A DNA stretch of 64,000 nt, from positions 1-64,000 of the forward strand of contig JANNVX010000114.1 in the NCBI GenBank assembly GCA_031414595.1, written 5' to 3'. A program made the translations under genes and the position numbers. Positions 1-11,083 of the stretch are shown piece after piece. The notes under the pieces were generated by a model. It worked only from the letters and a program-made list of their open reading frames with translations. It had not been told where the DNA came from and ran no database searches. Positions within the stretch are counted from its first letter, which is position 1; every line of letters begins with the position of its first letter. Origin of the DNA: Deinococcales bacterium. GTDB lineage: Bacteria > Deinococcota > Deinococci > Deinococcales > JAAFIG01.

Positions 1-141
1 TATCTTTGCTGATTTGGATGCTTTGGAAGATATTTTGTGTGACCGTTGTGCTTTTCTGATGCAGAATCCTGAACTGGTTCGTGGTCGGGCTGGTTTTAGC
101 TGGCTCGATGATTAAATACTATCTAAGTAAATTTGGTATCA
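1..141 (+). mobile_element. Right end of IS630-family insertion sequence
   Basis: Transposase tail followed by ...AAATTTGGTATCA terminus-like sequence, abutting a 5'-truncated gene. Confidence 0.6.
2..115 (+). CDS. 3' end of IS630-family transposase (partial, runs off window start)
   Basis: Frame 2 reads IFADLDALEDILCDRCAFLMQNPELVRGRAGFSWLDD*, resembling IS630 transposase C-termini. Confidence 0.7.
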   Translation: MFADLDALEDILCDRCAFLMQNPELVRGRAGFSWLDD

Positions 142-873
142 CATGGTTTTGAGCATTATTTTCCAGAATTGTACTTGTCACGCTGGCTCGAGTCGGTGGG
201 TGAACCAAGTTCGGTGTTTGCTTTTGAGCGCACTGGCGTTAAGCCTTTGCGTTATGCGTACAGCGTTCTGCTCGAGAAACTAGATATTGATGCCATTGTT
301 TTAATTGACGGTGGCACAGACAGTCTAATGCGAGGCGATGAAATTGGTTTGGGAACGCCAGAAGAGGATTCCCTGAGCATTGCTGCCGTTCACACCCTCG
401 AGACCACAGCCCAAAAATACTTACTCTGCCTTGGCTTTGGCATAGACGCTTATCATGGGGTTTGCCATGCCCATTTTCTCGAGGCGGTGGCAAAACTGAC
501 CATGCGTGGCGATTACCTTGGGGCTTGGAGTTTGACACCAGAAATGAATGCCGTTCAAAAGTATTTTCAAGCCGTGAAATTCTCGTCACTGAACATGCCA
601 AGTCATCCAAGCATTGTTTCTAATTCGGTTGTAGCGGCAGTCAAAGGTTACTTTGGTGATGTTCACAGTACCAAGCGCACCAGCAACAGCGAGTTATTTA
701 TCAACCCGCTTATGGGGTTGTACTGGGCTTTTCGGCTCGAAGGTGTGGCTGAGGAAAATTTGTATTTGGATTGGTTGCTCGAGACGACAACTTTTGCTGA
801 GGTTCGTGCCAACATCGAAAGCTACCGTGACACCGTGCCTAAAATGCGACTGTGGAAAGCTATTCCGCACTAA
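133..873 (+). pseudogene. DUF1152-family protein, N-terminally truncated by the IS
   Basis: YFPE..L.RWL, DGGTDSLMRGDE.GLGTP.ED and LGFGID motifs; N-terminal part absent; TTG start lies inside the IS end. Confidence 0.7.
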
Positions 874-1664
874 TTCTCGAGTAGAAATTGTTGCACAGCA
901 TCCTCGAGACTGATTTCTTTGGCATCTATGGCTTGTAGGTACTGCTGCAAAAACCTGACCAGAAAACCTCTGCCATGCACAAACTCGAGCCTGAGCAAAT
1001 GCCCCAATGCTCCAATTTCTTCAATGTAATCGTCGCTAAAATCCGCTAGTGCAGCCACAAAATCGTAATTCACAAATCTTGGCTCGAGACTCCAAACTTC
1101 ACGCTTGGTCAAAATTGCATATTGGGCTTCTAATCGTCCGCCAAGTGGTAAACCTGCCGACTCAAGGCTGTAGAGTGTGCGGTTATCCCAATTTTTTGTA
1201 AACCATTTGTGGTTGTGTCCTCGGACAATAAACCGTTCGGTTGTGTCTGCGAATATGGCGCGTAAGTCGGTATCACTTGAGTGGGCAAAAATACTCTCAG
1301 ATAGGCTTCTGGCTGTCGCGTGAGTGATGAGTAAATCTGGTCGAGATAAAGTTTTTGGTAGTTGGCGCATTATCTCGAGTTCGATTGCTGAAAACTGCGC
1401 TTGAGTCCAGCGCACACTTTGAAAACGTTCTTGCTCTAGTAGCAGATTTTGTCCAACCGAGTAAACATATTCTTCGTGATTACCTTGCAGTACAGGGCAA
1501 CCAAGTGCCATCACGGTTTCAAAACATCTTCTCGAGTGCGAGTGGATGTTGACTGTATCGCCAGCAATAATAATTTCATCCACAGCTTGGGTTTGTATGT
1601 CCTCGAGAATGGCTTCTAGTGCGTGGATATTACCGTGAATATCAGAAATTACTGCAATTCTCAT
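870..1664 (-). CDS. Metallophosphoesterase (calcineurin-like/YfcE-like)
   Basis: SDIHGN, GD, GNHE, GHNH motifs. Confidence 0.9.
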   Translation of the reverse strand: MRIAVISDIHGNIHALEAILEDIQTQAVDEIIIAGDTVNIHSHSRRCFETVMALGCPVLQGNHEEYVYSVGQNLLLEQERFQSVRWTQAQFSAIELEIMRQLPKTLSRPDLLITHATARSLSESIFAHSSDTDLRAIFADTTERFIVRGHNHKWFTKNWDNRTLYSLESAGLPLGGRLEAQYAILTKREVWSLEPRFVNYDFVAALADFSDDYIEEIGALGHLLRLEFVHGRGFLVRFLQQYLQAIDAKEISLEDAVQQFLLEN

Positions 1665-1930
1665 AGGAATTCTGACCGAATTTCTAATGCCGTTTGTGCT
1701 TTTATTCGTCCTTGCTTGCCTTCTGCTATTCCTTCGTTGATTCGTCGAACATTTTCGGATGAGTGCAAGATATACAGCGTTTCCTGCATTCGCTCGAGTT
1801 CATCGGCTGAAATCATAGCAACTCGCTCATGCTCATTACGCTTGATAATCACAACAACTGCATCGTCAAGTACCTTATCCATAACTTTTCCAAGATTTGC
1901 TCGGACATGGGCGTATGAATACTGAATCAT
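1661..1930 (-). CDS. Phd/YefM-family antitoxin
   Basis: YSYAHVRANLGKVMDKV...IIKR...ETLYILHSSENVRR; TATAAT 6 nt before ATG. Confidence 0.85.
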   Translation of the reverse strand: MIQYSYAHVRANLGKVMDKVLDDAVVVIIKRNEHERVAMISADELERMQETLYILHSSENVRRINEGIAEGKQGRIKAQTALEIRSEFL

Positions 1931-1948
1931 TCGTCAATTATAAGGCAA

Positions 1949-2290
1949 TCAACTGCCTCGGTAAGTGCTGTACGACCACGGCGACACCAAAAGCGGCACA
2001 TGATAATGGGCGGTAATGTCGGCAATTCCAAAACAAATTGGGATGGTCTCGAGAAAACGTGGTTCTGGTAATCCAAAATAAGCCCCAACTTCAAACACAA
2101 GTTCGTACTGCCCCACCTCGAGACTACCCCGTGCAATCAGAGGTTCATCGGTGCGCCCGTCGGCATTGGTAATGGTGCTTTTGAGGAGTTCACGTCTCCC
2201 CTGTTCACATTTATACAAACAAATTTGCACTCCAGAAGCGGGTTTGCCTTTGGCAGTATCAAGAACATGTGTTGTCAGTCCCGCATTCAT
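1949..2290 (-). CDS. uraH: 5-hydroxyisourate hydrolase
   Basis: [14 protein letters not shown] start and C-terminal [22 protein letters not shown] overlap with uricase. Confidence 0.95.
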   Translation of the reverse strand: MNAGLTTHVLDTAKGKPASGVQICLYKCEQGRRELLKSTITNADGRTDEPLIARGSLEVGQYELVFEVGAYFGLPEPRFLETIPICFGIADITAHYHVPLLVSPWSYSTYRGS

Positions 2291-3114
2291 GCGCGTTCTA
2301 CCCAACCTTCGATTAAGCCAAATGGTTCGGCATCGGCATGAAAAATCTGCCCGTTGTTCTGCATTCCAAAACGCTCCAAGTTATAGGGAATATGGTGCTT
2401 ATTGGGGAAACTAAAATGAATCTTCTCGAGTTCAGGACAAGCATTTAAGACCGCTTCACCCATTCGGTAGAGCGTATTCTGCACACTTGGGCTGTAATGG
2501 TCAGTAAAGGTGACTAGGATATTCTGCCAGACTTTATTCCAAACCGCGTCGTAATCCACATTTGGCGTGTTGTACAACCAATGCGCTGTCACAACTGTGG
2601 CAAGGATACGGTCATTCGTTTCTGGCAAGCTCGTAAATTGCTCAAACAAATACCCTTCCCAACCCGAATTGGTGGTTTTTAGGACAAACAATTCATCAAT
2701 TCCACTCGAGACGCTAAAATTTGTACCATCACCTTCGATTGTGGCGGTGTGCTTGCCTGTGTCACGCACAAAGCCATGCTCATGAATTCGATTCCAACGA
2801 TGCTCGAGCAGTTTGACGCGGACACTCGAGACTTTTGGTCCTGCGCTCATAAAATGCCTGATTAAGTGCTTGCCAAATTCTTCGATGCTCGAGATTAAGC
2901 CGTCCTTCGCCAGCGCATAAATTGTGTTTCGCACGGTGTCGGTTGCTAGCAAATCGGTGTTATCGCCAAGCACATGAGCCGCGTCAAAGTCGCCCTGCAT
3001 GGCAACATCTACCCAAATATCCTTAATTTCATGGCGGCTCGAATCCCTGAACACCTTGAACAAGCGCACATCGGATTTACCGTAATTGTTCTGACCGAGT
3101 TTAACTTTAATCAT
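2287..3114 (-). CDS. pucL: Factor-independent urate hydroxylase (uricase)
   Basis: [36 protein letters not shown] motifs; GGAG RBS. Confidence 0.95.
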   Translation of the reverse strand: MIKVKLGQNNYGKSDVRLFKVFRDSSRHEIKDIWVDVAMQGDFDAAHVLGDNTDLLATDTVRNTIYALAKDGLISSIEEFGKHLIRHFMSAGPKVSSVRVKLLEHRWNRIHEHGFVRDTGKHTATIEGDGTNFSVSSGIDELFVLKTTNSGWEGYLFEQFTSLPETNDRILATVVTAHWLYNTPNVDYDAVWNKVWQNILVTFTDHYSPSVQNTLYRMGEAVLNACPELEKIHFSFPNKHHIPYNLERFGMQNNGQIFHADAEPFGLIEGWVERA

Positions 3115-3136
3115 GTTGGACTCCTTGGGGTACAGT

Positions 3137-3895
3137 TTAGCTTATCCGAATCTGCTGCTCGAGTTTTTGGCGTTCTTCAAGGCTAGGGGCTTTATTTTTG
3201 GCACGGCGCAAATAATCCAAGGCTCGAGGGTCGGCGTTCTCGAGTAAAATTTGACTGGCTTTGAAAAGATTCTCATAACTTGGATTGAGATGAGTCTTTG
3301 GCAGCAGTATTTCTTCAAGCCAATATCGCCAATTCTTTTTTCGCTGGCAATCTGGACAGTTTTGCAGTTTTGTGTCCGAAACTATATATGTTTCATGAAC
3401 AAAACGCTGATATTGCTTTGGGTGCAAAAAATCTCTTTGGCAAGTGTTACAGCCCAACACTTGATCAAAATAAAAGTACGGGCGATGTCCTCCATCGGTT
3501 TGCAAATTGAGCATAAAAATCGTTTCAAAATCTGCCAATTCAGCCTTTTTGGATACCAGACAGGCATCACACGCCCAAATTTTTAAGGCAAACGGAACTT
3601 TAATCCAGTCAAAAAGGTCGCCATTTTGATAGGTAAACCAAACTTTTTGAGCAAGACCTTCCAAGGCTAGAACGGCTTGGATTAATTGATAATTAAGGTC
3701 TTGCAGTCCAGCTTGCTCGAGAATGCGAGTTGGCTGTCCGCAGCATGGGCAGAAGAGCAAAAATTCGGCTCTTTGGTGTTGCTTAAGATTTGGTTTATAC
3801 AATGGCAACAGTCGTTTCTTGGATTGCCGAATCACCCTACGCCATTCTAGTGTCCAAGCTGCCTCGAGTAAATGTTTATCCGACTTAGCTGGCAT
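3137..3895 (-). CDS. Hypothetical protein with several CxxC zinc-ribbon motifs
   Basis: 252-aa ORF with CPCC, CDAC, CNTC, CPDC. Confidence 0.6.
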   Translation of the reverse strand: MPAKSDKHLLEAAWTLEWRRVIRQSKKRLLPLYKPNLKQHQRAEFLLFCPCCGQPTRILEQAGLQDLNYQLIQAVLALEGLAQKVWFTYQNGDLFDWIKVPFALKIWACDACLVSKKAELADFETIFMLNLQTDGGHRPYFYFDQVLGCNTCQRDFLHPKQYQRFVHETYIVSDTKLQNCPDCQRKKNWRYWLEEILLPKTHLNPSYENLFKASQILLENADPRALDYLRRAKNKAPSLEERQKLEQQIRIS

Positions 3896-4015
3896 GGCTT
3901 ATTTTACGCCCTGTTTTGTCACCGTGACAGGCACAACGGTTCTCGAGTGTCACAAAGGTGTAAACTTTCAAGGTTTGTGCCGTTGGGAGAAACCCAAGCG
4001 GCATCTAGGAGGATC

Positions 4016-5146
4016 ATGAAACTTCACGAGTACCAAGCAAAGGAATTACTGGCAAGTTACGGTGTGCCAGTTCCACCAGGTAAAATCGCCCGCACCCCCG
4101 AAGAAGCCAAAGCAATTGCCAATGAATACGCTTCCCTGACCGTGATTAAAGCCCAAGTGCATGTTGGTGGACGCGGTAAAGCTGGCGGAGTCAAACTGGC
4201 TAAAGATGGCAATGACGCGTTTGAAAAAGCCCAGGCGATTCTTGGTATGGACATCAAAGGCTTAACTGTTAAAAAAGTCTTGGTGGCTAAAGCTGTGGAT
4301 ATTGCCAAAGAATACTACTGTGGTTTAATTCATGACCGTAATGTACAGTCATTTACTTTAATGGTTTCCAAAGAGGGCGGAGTTGACATCGAAGAAGTGG
4401 CAGCCACCAACCCAGCCGCAATTACCCGTTTTGCCATAGACCCAATTAAAGGCTTACGTGCTTTTGAAGCCCGTCAGATTGCCTTGGATGCTGGTCTCGA
4501 GGGCAACCTCAATAAAATTGCTGCCATGATGGTTGGACTTTGGAATGCTTGTGCTGGCTCAGACGCAACCTTAGCCGAAATTAACCCACTTGTGATTACC
4601 ACCACAGGCGAAGTGATTGCGGCTGACGCAAAAATAGACATTGATGACAACGCCATGTACCGCCATACAGACCTAGAAGCATTCCGTGAAACCGAAGCCG
4701 AACACCCGCTTGAAGTCGAAGCCAAAGCCTTTGGTTTTAGTTATGTCAAACTCGATGGGCATATTGGTGTGATTGGTAACGGCGCTGGCTTGGTTATGAC
4801 CAGCTTGGATGTTGTCTCGAGGGTCGGCGGTAAGGCTGCCAACTTTTTAGATATTGGTGGCGGCGCTAAAGCCGAAATTGTTTATAACGCGGTCAAACTG
4901 GTTTGCAAAGACCCAGATGTAAAAGGCATTTTGATTAACATCTTCGGTGGGATTACCAGAGCCGACGAAGTTGCTAAAGGTGTGATTCGGGCGCTCGAGG
5001 AAGGGATTTTGAATAAACCGCTTGCCATGCGTGTGGCTGGAACTGCCGTAGCCGAAGCCAATGAACTCTTAAAAGACAAGCCAATAAATATTTACCCAAC
5101 CATGATGGAAGCTGCCACCGCCGTCGTCAAGGAGGCAGCACAATGA
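4016..5146 (+). CDS. sucC: Succinyl-CoA ligase beta subunit
   Basis: [49 protein letters not shown]. Confidence 0.97.
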   Translation: MKLHEYQAKELLASYGVPVPPGKIARTPEEAKAIANEYASLTVIKAQVHVGGRGKAGGVKLAKDGNDAFEKAQAILGMDIKGLTVKKVLVAKAVDIAKEYYCGLIHDRNVQSFTLMVSKEGGVDIEEVAATNPAAITRFAIDPIKGLRAFEARQIALDAGLEGNLNKIAAMMVGLWNACAGSDATLAEINPLVITTTGEVIAADAKIDIDDNAMYRHTDLEAFRETEAEHPLEVEAKAFGFSYVKLDGHIGVIGNGAGLVMTSLDVVSRVGGKAANFLDIGGGAKAEIVYNAVKLVCKDPDVKGILINIFGGITRADEVAKGVIRALEEGILNKPLAMRVAGTAVAEANELLKDKPINIYPTMMEAATAVVKEAAQ

Positions 5147-6033
5147 GCATCCTAATTAACAAAAATACCAAAGTCTTAGTCCAAGGCATCACTGGACGCG
5201 AAGGTGCGTACCACGCCGAGAAAATGCTCGAGTACGGCACACAAATCGTGGCTGGTAGCACCCCCGGTAAAGGCGGACAAACCCTGAGCTTGCTTGGAAA
5301 AACCATTCCGGTTTATAACAGCGTTTCAGAAGCCAAAGCCGCCCACCCAGACCTAGATGCCAGTATTATCTTTGTTCCACCACCTGCGGCTGCCGACGCG
5401 ACGCTCGAGGCTGCCCACGCGGGAATTCCTTTGATTGTCAATATCGCCGAAGGAATGCCTGTTTTTGACATGATGAAAGTGGTTAAAGAACTTAAAAGTT
5501 TGCCAAATGTTCGCTTAATCGGCGGAAATTGCCCCGGACTCATCACCCCCGGCGAATGCAAACTCGGTATTATGCCCGCCAGCACCTTCAAAGCTGGGCG
5601 GGTCGGGATGATCTCGAGAAGCGGCACATTGACTTACGAAGCCAGTGCGATGCTTGCGGCTGCCGATATTGGATGTAGCACTGTGGTTGGCATTGGTGGC
5701 GACCCAATGATTGGCACAACTTTTATTGATTTACTACCGATGTTTAACGAAGACCCTAATACCGATGCTGTGGTGATGATTGGTGAAATTGGTGGGGCAG
5801 ACGAAGAACAAGCCGCCGAGTGGATTAGTAAGAACATGAAAAAACCAGTGATTGCTTTTATTAGCGGGCGCACTGCACCAAAAGGCAAACGCATGGGTCA
5901 CGCTGGGGCATTAATCATGGGCAATGTTGGTACAGCCGAATCCAAGCTCGAGGCAATGGCAAAAGCCAATGTGCCTGTGGCTGACACAATGGAAGATATT
6001 ATTATCCTGACTAAAAAAGCCCTTGGGTTATAG
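5143..6033 (+). CDS. sucD: Succinyl-CoA ligase alpha subunit
   Basis: [27 protein letters not shown]. Confidence 0.97.
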   Translation: MSILINKNTKVLVQGITGREGAYHAEKMLEYGTQIVAGSTPGKGGQTLSLLGKTIPVYNSVSEAKAAHPDLDASIIFVPPPAAADATLEAAHAGIPLIVNIAEGMPVFDMMKVVKELKSLPNVRLIGGNCPGLITPGECKLGIMPASTFKAGRVGMISRSGTLTYEASAMLAAADIGCSTVVGIGGDPMIGTTFIDLLPMFNEDPNTDAVVMIGEIGGADEEQAAEWISKNMKKPVIAFISGRTAPKGKRMGHAGALIMGNVGTAESKLEAMAKANVPVADTMEDIIILTKKALGL

Positions 6034-6045
6034 GGTTTACTCGAG

Positions 6046-6075
6046 AAAAGGCGCAGCTAAAAGCTGCGCTTTTTT
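6046..6075 (+). terminator. Rho-independent terminator after sucD
   Basis: GCGCAGCT-AAA-AGCTGCGC followed by T6. Confidence 0.85.
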
Positions 6076-6076
6076 A

Positions 6077-6105
6077 TTGACACAGATAACTTTCGGTGAT
6101 AAATT
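6077..6105 (+). promoter_or_regulatory. Sigma70-type promoter for a leaderless transcript
   Basis: TTGACA-17nt-TAAATT with extended TG; ATG 6 nt downstream. Confidence 0.7.
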
Positions 6106-6111
6106 TAAGAT

Positions 6112-6261
6112 ATGAACAAAACACCAGTTATTCCAACTCCAGAAGTACCCCAGAAAAACCCCAAAGCATTTACGGGAATTAAACGTTCCGAAATTAAGGT
6201 CTTAAAACCACACAGCGTAGATGTAGACCAAATTTTTCGAGAACTCAACGCCAGAAAGTGA
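6112..6261 (+). CDS. 49-aa small protein, putative antitoxin
   Basis: MNKTPVIPTPEV...VDVDQIFRELNARK*; GTGA overlap with downstream PIN-like ORF; not in ORF track. Confidence 0.55.
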   Translation: MNKTPVIPTPEVPQKNPKAFTGIKRSEIKVLKPHSVDVDQIFRELNARK

Positions 6262-6748
6262 GTCTGATTTCTCGGCATTATGTGATCACACCAAGTGTTG
6301 CGGTTTTTGGTGCATTGCCATTAGAAATCCTAGATCCAAAAATACAAACGCAAATTATTACTTGTAACGCTTTTATCAGTCGGGCTACTTATCACGGGCT
6401 GAATTGCACGTTCCAATGGCATTTTACTCGGATGTAACGCGCTTTGCTTTTCGACTTTATCAGCAAAACTTGATTGATTTTGAAGATAGCAAAATACTAA
6501 CCCGAGATGTTCTGAATGCTGTTTGGGATTATCGTTTTCCTGCTACTGACGATATTCTCACCGTCAGTCGTGAATTTCCAGAATTGCCTCTTGTTGAATA
6601 TCTTGCTTTAGCTCGAGATAAAAATTATTCGCTTATTTACACCGACCCAACCTTTAGCACTTTTATAAACCAAGACGGGGTTCTTGTATCTGAGCATCCT
6701 TGGGCATCTGAAGGTGACTTAGATAAATTCCCACCTACGAAGAATTAG
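6258..6748 (+). pseudogene. Degenerate PIN/VapC-like protein, frameshifted near 6395-6403
   Basis: YVITPSVAV in frame from GTG 6258, then LHVP.AFYSDV...YLALA....LIYTD in another frame; one extra G in the GGG run would join them. Confidence 0.5.
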
Positions 6749-7212
6749 TGCTTGTGTTCCACGCCACCAGCCCCATGTGCGTGTCCATGCTCGAGTTCGT
6801 GAGCATCAGCTTCTCGAGTGCTGAGTATTTTAATGCTGTACTCCAAAGTTTTTTCGGCTCGAGGGTGGTTCATGTCCACACTCACCCAGCCATTGCCAAC
6901 GTCCAAAACTCGAGCTTCAAATTGCTGTCCAGAACTGTCTGTGGCGGAGAATTTAGAGCCAATTTCAGGGTTAGCAATCGGCAAACGGTCTATGTCCACC
7001 TCTAAGACTTTGTTTGCATCATGGGCTGGATAAGCATACGTGGCGGTCAACTCGAGCGGGGCAGTTTTGCCGATGATGGCATCCTCGAGTCCTGGTGGCA
7101 GGTCACGTTCAAAACCGATTAACAGCAGTTTTGGTTTGTGGGTGTGCGCTACCACCACGCCCTCGAGTTTGGCTTCGTATTCGATTTGTACGACCATATT
7201 TTTAGTTATCAT
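6745..7212 (-). CDS. slyD: FKBP-type peptidyl-prolyl isomerase, SlyD-like
   Basis: LPPGLEDAI, VDMNHP.A.KTL, His-rich tail ELEHGHAHG. Confidence 0.8.
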   Translation of the reverse strand: MITKNMVVQIEYEAKLEGVVVAHTHKPKLLLIGFERDLPPGLEDAIIGKTAPLELTATYAYPAHDANKVLEVDIDRLPIANPEIGSKFSATDSSGQQFEARVLDVGNGWVSVDMNHPRAEKTLEYSIKILSTREADAHELEHGHAHGAGGVEHKH

Positions 7213-7685
7213 GGTTCTATCCTAACAAAGTCTTGCCATGCTGCTACCGCACGACGAACTTTTTGATTGGGGATGGTTTTAAGTTGTTGCAAACGAATTT
7301 TACCGTGTTGTTCTTCTAGCCAGTTTTCGTACTCGAGAATGACGGGGCGAATAACTGCCAAGGCTTGGGCGTGGGCGACGGCTCGAGGACGGGCAAAATC
7401 GCACCATGCAAGGCTATTTTGGGTAAAGTGTTCAATGCAGATTTTGGCGGTTTTAGGTAAGGCATACCAGCTTTTACTTGGGCGACGGTAAACCAGAATT
7501 TCGGTTTCGGTCTCGAGCCAAATGCCGTGACCATGAAGGTACAAATTGTCCGAAAAGTAAATGCTGGATTCGCTATTTTCTGGGCGAGGCTTTTTAAGAA
7601 AGCCTCTAGCCGTTAAATCACCACGAATGGCATCCAGACCCCAGAGCCACATCTGTACTGTCATTGGATTTTTTGTTGCATTCAT
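7209..7685 (-). CDS. Hypothetical protein
   Basis: 158-aa ORF, stop overlaps slyD start. Confidence 0.6.
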   Translation of the reverse strand: MNATKNPMTVQMWLWGLDAIRGDLTARGFLKKPRPENSESSIYFSDNLYLHGHGIWLETETEILVYRRPSKSWYALPKTAKICIEHFTQNSLAWCDFARPRAVAHAQALAVIRPVILEYENWLEEQHGKIRLQQLKTIPNQKVRRAVAAWQDFVRIEP

Positions 7686-7741
7686 GGCTTATCCTGAAAA
7701 ACCCCACCATGAATAGGTGAGGTTTGGTTTGCTCAAGAAGC

Positions 7742-8902
7742 TTAGTGTTTAACGCCTTGTGCCATGCTGATGGCAATGCTGGCTGGAGTACCGCCAACTG
7801 CCATACGACGGGCAATTTGCATTTTGGTGGTGTTGACTTCAATAATGCTGCCTTGTTCTGGGTTGGTCACAAAAACGCGGTCTTGCATGATTGCAAACGA
7901 CGGTCGCACAATCCCTTCGCCTGTGGTTCTCACGGCTGGCGTAACGCTAACACTGGCTATCACGCTGCGTTTAACCACGTCTAAGCTGTGCAGGAAACCA
8001 TCGGCGGTTAGAACAATCAAATTACCATTCTCGAGGAATTCCATTTTGATGGGGTTAGCGGGTAATGCCATGACCTTGAGAACCGTTTTTGTTGGGTCTG
8101 CAAAAGCAATGCCTTTGCCAAAGTTACCAACCGCAAAGTTATGTTTTTTGGATTCGGCAAAGACTCCAACTCGAGTATTGGCGGGTGTACCAACTGGGTT
8201 AGCAATTTTTGTGGCACTAAATTTATCGCCGTCGCGCTTGACTAGCATCACGCCATCACCGCAGCCCCAATAAAAACCTGTGCTGTGCATTGCTTCGCCG
8301 TGTAGGGCTGGGCAACCAGGTAGGGTCTGTTGCAACTTACCAGTTTTACGCTCAAAAACATCAATTCGCCCGAGGCGCAAGTAACCCACCAGCACTTCTT
8401 TCTCGAGGACAACCACTCCGCCGTGGTCTGGCTGAGCGGTTTTTATTTGTTCAAAGTCCATGCTCAAGCCAAGTTTATCCTCGTCGAGAATAGCGACTGT
8501 ACCGTCGCCGTCGTTAAAAAAGGCAATGGTTTTATCGTGAACAAAGTAATGGGTCGGTTGTTTACCGACGTTCATGGTGGCGGTAATGTATGGGGCTTTT
8601 TCGATCAAGTCTTTGTGGTCGCCGTGGTCGGCGGTGCTTAACCCACTGTTTAAGACTGTAACTCGGCTATCGTCGCGGTGAGCCACTAAAATATGCTGCT
8701 GGCTGCCACTCGAGATGGCATAGGTAATTTTGCCCGGGGTGCTGAACGAAGCCATTTTTTTACGGTCGTTAAGGTTAATCATGTTCAGCGTATTATTTTT
8801 AGCATCGCTATAAACCAGACGAGCGCTAAGGATTTCGGTTTCTTGAGCCAAAGTGACGCTCAGTCCTGCGGCTGCAATAGCCAATAGTGCAATTTTTTTC
8901 AT
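7742..8902 (-). CDS. Secreted beta-propeller zinc metallochaperone, AztD-like
   Basis: Signal peptide; DHGDH, PTH, DHG, CPALHGEA, GCGDG motifs; AGGAG RBS. Confidence 0.75.
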   Translation of the reverse strand: MKKIALLAIAAAGLSVTLAQETEILSARLVYSDAKNNTLNMINLNDRKKMASFSTPGKITYAISSGSQQHILVAHRDDSRVTVLNSGLSTADHGDHKDLIEKAPYITATMNVGKQPTHYFVHDKTIAFFNDGDGTVAILDEDKLGLSMDFEQIKTAQPDHGGVVVLEKEVLVGYLRLGRIDVFERKTGKLQQTLPGCPALHGEAMHSTGFYWGCGDGVMLVKRDGDKFSATKIANPVGTPANTRVGVFAESKKHNFAVGNFGKGIAFADPTKTVLKVMALPANPIKMEFLENGNLIVLTADGFLHSLDVVKRSVIASVSVTPAVRTTGEGIVRPSFAIMQDRVFVTNPEQGSIIEVNTTKMQIARRMAVGGTPASIAISMAQGVKH

Positions 8903-8983
8903 GCTTTCTCCTAAAAACACCCACAAAGGGTTGGTGAATTCAAACGGGTTGCCGATACAGTTGTGGCTCGAGACTTTCTATCT

Positions 8984-9009
8984 CTTATTGAGAATATATT
9001 ATCAATAAG
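8984..9009. promoter_or_regulatory. Putative Zur/Fur-family operator
   Basis: Palindrome CTTATTGAGAATATATTATCAATAAG overlapping the -10 of minus-strand TTGCCA-17-TATTCT. Confidence 0.75.
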
Positions 9010-9028
9010 TATTTGGCAAGACTTTTGC

Positions 9029-9871
9029 CTAACGCAAGGCTCTAAGTAACGTCGCCGCGTTGTAGCGCATCAAAGACGTGTAATTCTCGCTCAGGCTTGA
9101 GCCTTCAGGGTCAAGCACAAAAACCTTTGCACCAACTTCGGCAGCAATCACTCGAGCCATGCGGTCTGGCAATTGCGGCTCTACAAAAATCGCTTTAATA
9201 GCCTCGCGGCGCATCAGGCGCACAATCTCCGCAATTTCTTTGGCGCTTGGGTCACGTTCGGCTTGAACCCGCACTATGGCAGCCACACGCAGACTATAAG
9301 CTCGGACAAAATAGTCCCAAGCATTATGAAAAACCACTAAACCAGCATTTCTTATTGGCTCGAGCGAAACTTTGATTTCTTGGTGTAACTCGAGTAAACG
9401 CTGCTGTTCTTGTTTGGCGGCTTGGCGGTAGGTAGTGGCGTTGGCTTTATCAAACAAAGCGTAAGCCTCCCCGATTTCTCGAGCCATACTTGCCATAATG
9501 CTGGCATCAAGCCAGACATGGGCATCTATTCGTCCGGGTTGCCCAATACGCAAAAATTCGGCTTGTTCGGCGAGTTTGACCAACCGTGCTTGTTGTCCAC
9601 CAACCCGCCATAACCGCTCGAGCCACGCATCTATGCCGTAACCATTTAAGAGCAGTAAGTCGGCATTTCGCACCGTCAGTACATCTTTGGGCGTTGGGTC
9701 AAAAGTGTGCGGGCTTGCACCTGCTGACAGCAGCATCCGCACCTCGAGCCGCCCAGAAGCAATTCTTTGGGCGCTCTCGAGCAAAGGCAGAAAGCTGACC
9801 AAAACTATTTTGGGGGTTTCCTGAGCGCTGGCAGTCATCAGCAATGCCACCGCCAAAATAAACCATCTCAT
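9029..9871 (-). CDS. Zn/Mn ABC transporter substrate-binding protein (ZnuA-like)
   Basis: [23 protein letters not shown] motifs. Confidence 0.92.
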   Translation of the reverse strand: MRWFILAVALLMTASAQETPKIVLVSFLPLLESAQRIASGRLEVRMLLSAGASPHTFDPTPKDVLTVRNADLLLLNGYGIDAWLERLWRVGGQQARLVKLAEQAEFLRIGQPGRIDAHVWLDASIMASMAREIGEAYALFDKANATTYRQAAKQEQQRLLELHQEIKVSLEPIRNAGLVVFHNAWDYFVRAYSLRVAAIVRVQAERDPSAKEIAEIVRLMRREAIKAIFVEPQLPDRMARVIAAEVGAKVFVLDPEGSSLSENYTSLMRYNAATLLRALR

Positions 9872-11070
9872 GCTTGGTGTTCTGCACCCCAGACTGGAAA
9901 TGGGTCACGGTAAAATTCCCACTTTTCTGGTTCACACATTTCCGAATCGGTTAAAAGCGCTGCGTTCAACTGGCTCTCAATGAGTTCGCGGTTCATTTTT
10001 GCACCAATAAAAACAATTTCTTGGCGGCGGTCGCCGTATGGTTCTGCCCAAATATCCTCGAGATAACCCAAGAATTCTGGGTCGTCGGAACGCTGCGATT
10101 TATCCACCGCCGCCCACCAAAAACCCGCCATATCAAAACGCGCTACTCGCCCAGCTTGCGCCCACAAACCCGCGTACTCCATCCGACTGGCAAGCCAAAA
10201 ATGACCCTTGGAACGCACCACGCCAACAAAATTGCCTTGTAAAACCTTATGAAAACGCTCAGGGTGAAATGGTTTACGTGAGCGGTAGACAAAACTGCTG
10301 ATGCCGTACTCCTCGGTTTCTGGGGTGTGTTCACCTCGAACCTCACGCAACCAACCCGCGTTCTGGCTGGCTTGGTCAAAATCAAACAAACCTGTGCCAA
10401 GTACATTCTCAAGCGGTGTTTGACCAAAGCTCGAGTGAATGATTTTTGCCACGGGATTAAGGTGATGCAGAATTCCCTCGAGCCTCGAGATTTCCTCGGT
10501 AGTACAAAGGTCAGTTTTGTTTAGCAGCAGCACATTAGCAAATTCGACTTGTTCAACCAGTAAATCAGTCACGGTGCGCTCATCGCCTTCGCCAGCCGTT
10601 TCACCGCGTTCGCGCAAACTTTGGGCGGCATCCCAGTCGCGCAGCCAGTTATAACCATCCACAACCGTGACCATCGTGTCTAGCCGTGCAATGCTGTTCA
10701 GGCTTTGCCCATTTTCATCTTCAAAGGTGAAGGTTTCGGCAACGGGTAATGGTTCAGAGATACCCGTGGATTCGATAATCACATAATCAAAACGCCCTTC
10801 TTTGGCGAGTTTTCCGACCTCGAGCAGCAAGTCTTCACGCAGGGTACAACAGATACAGCCGTTGGATATTTCGATTAGTTTTTCTTCGGTGCGCGACAGG
10901 TGAGCTTCGTTCTGGACAATCTGCGCGTCTATATTGACCTCGGACATATCATTGACAATCACTGCTACGCGCTTGCCTTGGCGGTTAGCCAGAATATGGT
11001 TTAAGAGCGTGGTTTTGCCGCTGCCGAGAAAGCCAGATAAAACGGTCACGGGTAAAGGAGAAGTATTCAC
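9868..11070 (-). CDS. COG0523 zinc metallochaperone GTPase (ZigA/YciC-like)
   Basis: [28 protein letters not shown], CobW C-terminal domain. Confidence 0.95.
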   Translation of the reverse strand: MNTSPLPVTVLSGFLGSGKTTLLNHILANRQGKRVAVIVNDMSEVNIDAQIVQNEAHLSRTEEKLIEISNGCICCTLREDLLLEVGKLAKEGRFDYVIIESTGISEPLPVAETFTFEDENGQSLNSIARLDTMVTVVDGYNWLRDWDAAQSLRERGETAGEGDERTVTDLLVEQVEFANVLLLNKTDLCTTEEISRLEGILHHLNPVAKIIHSSFGQTPLENVLGTGLFDFDQASQNAGWLREVRGEHTPETEEYGISSFVYRSRKPFHPERFHKVLQGNFVGVVRSKGHFWLASRMEYAGLWAQAGRVARFDMAGFWWAAVDKSQRSDDPEFLGYLEDIWAEPYGDRRQEIVFIGAKMNRELIESQLNAALLTDSEMCEPEKWEFYRDPFPVWGAEHQA

Positions 11071-11083
11071 CGTTTTATCTTAA

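Noticed and set aside
3917-3929. Palindrome TGTCAC-C-GTGACA upstream of sucC
   Set aside because: Single short instance; no regulator can be assigned.
3872-4015. Long N-terminal extensions in the ORF track (sucC; also 16334, 17975, 33792, 46921, 56835)
   Set aside because: RBS or -10 position and family N-termini support the downstream starts used here.
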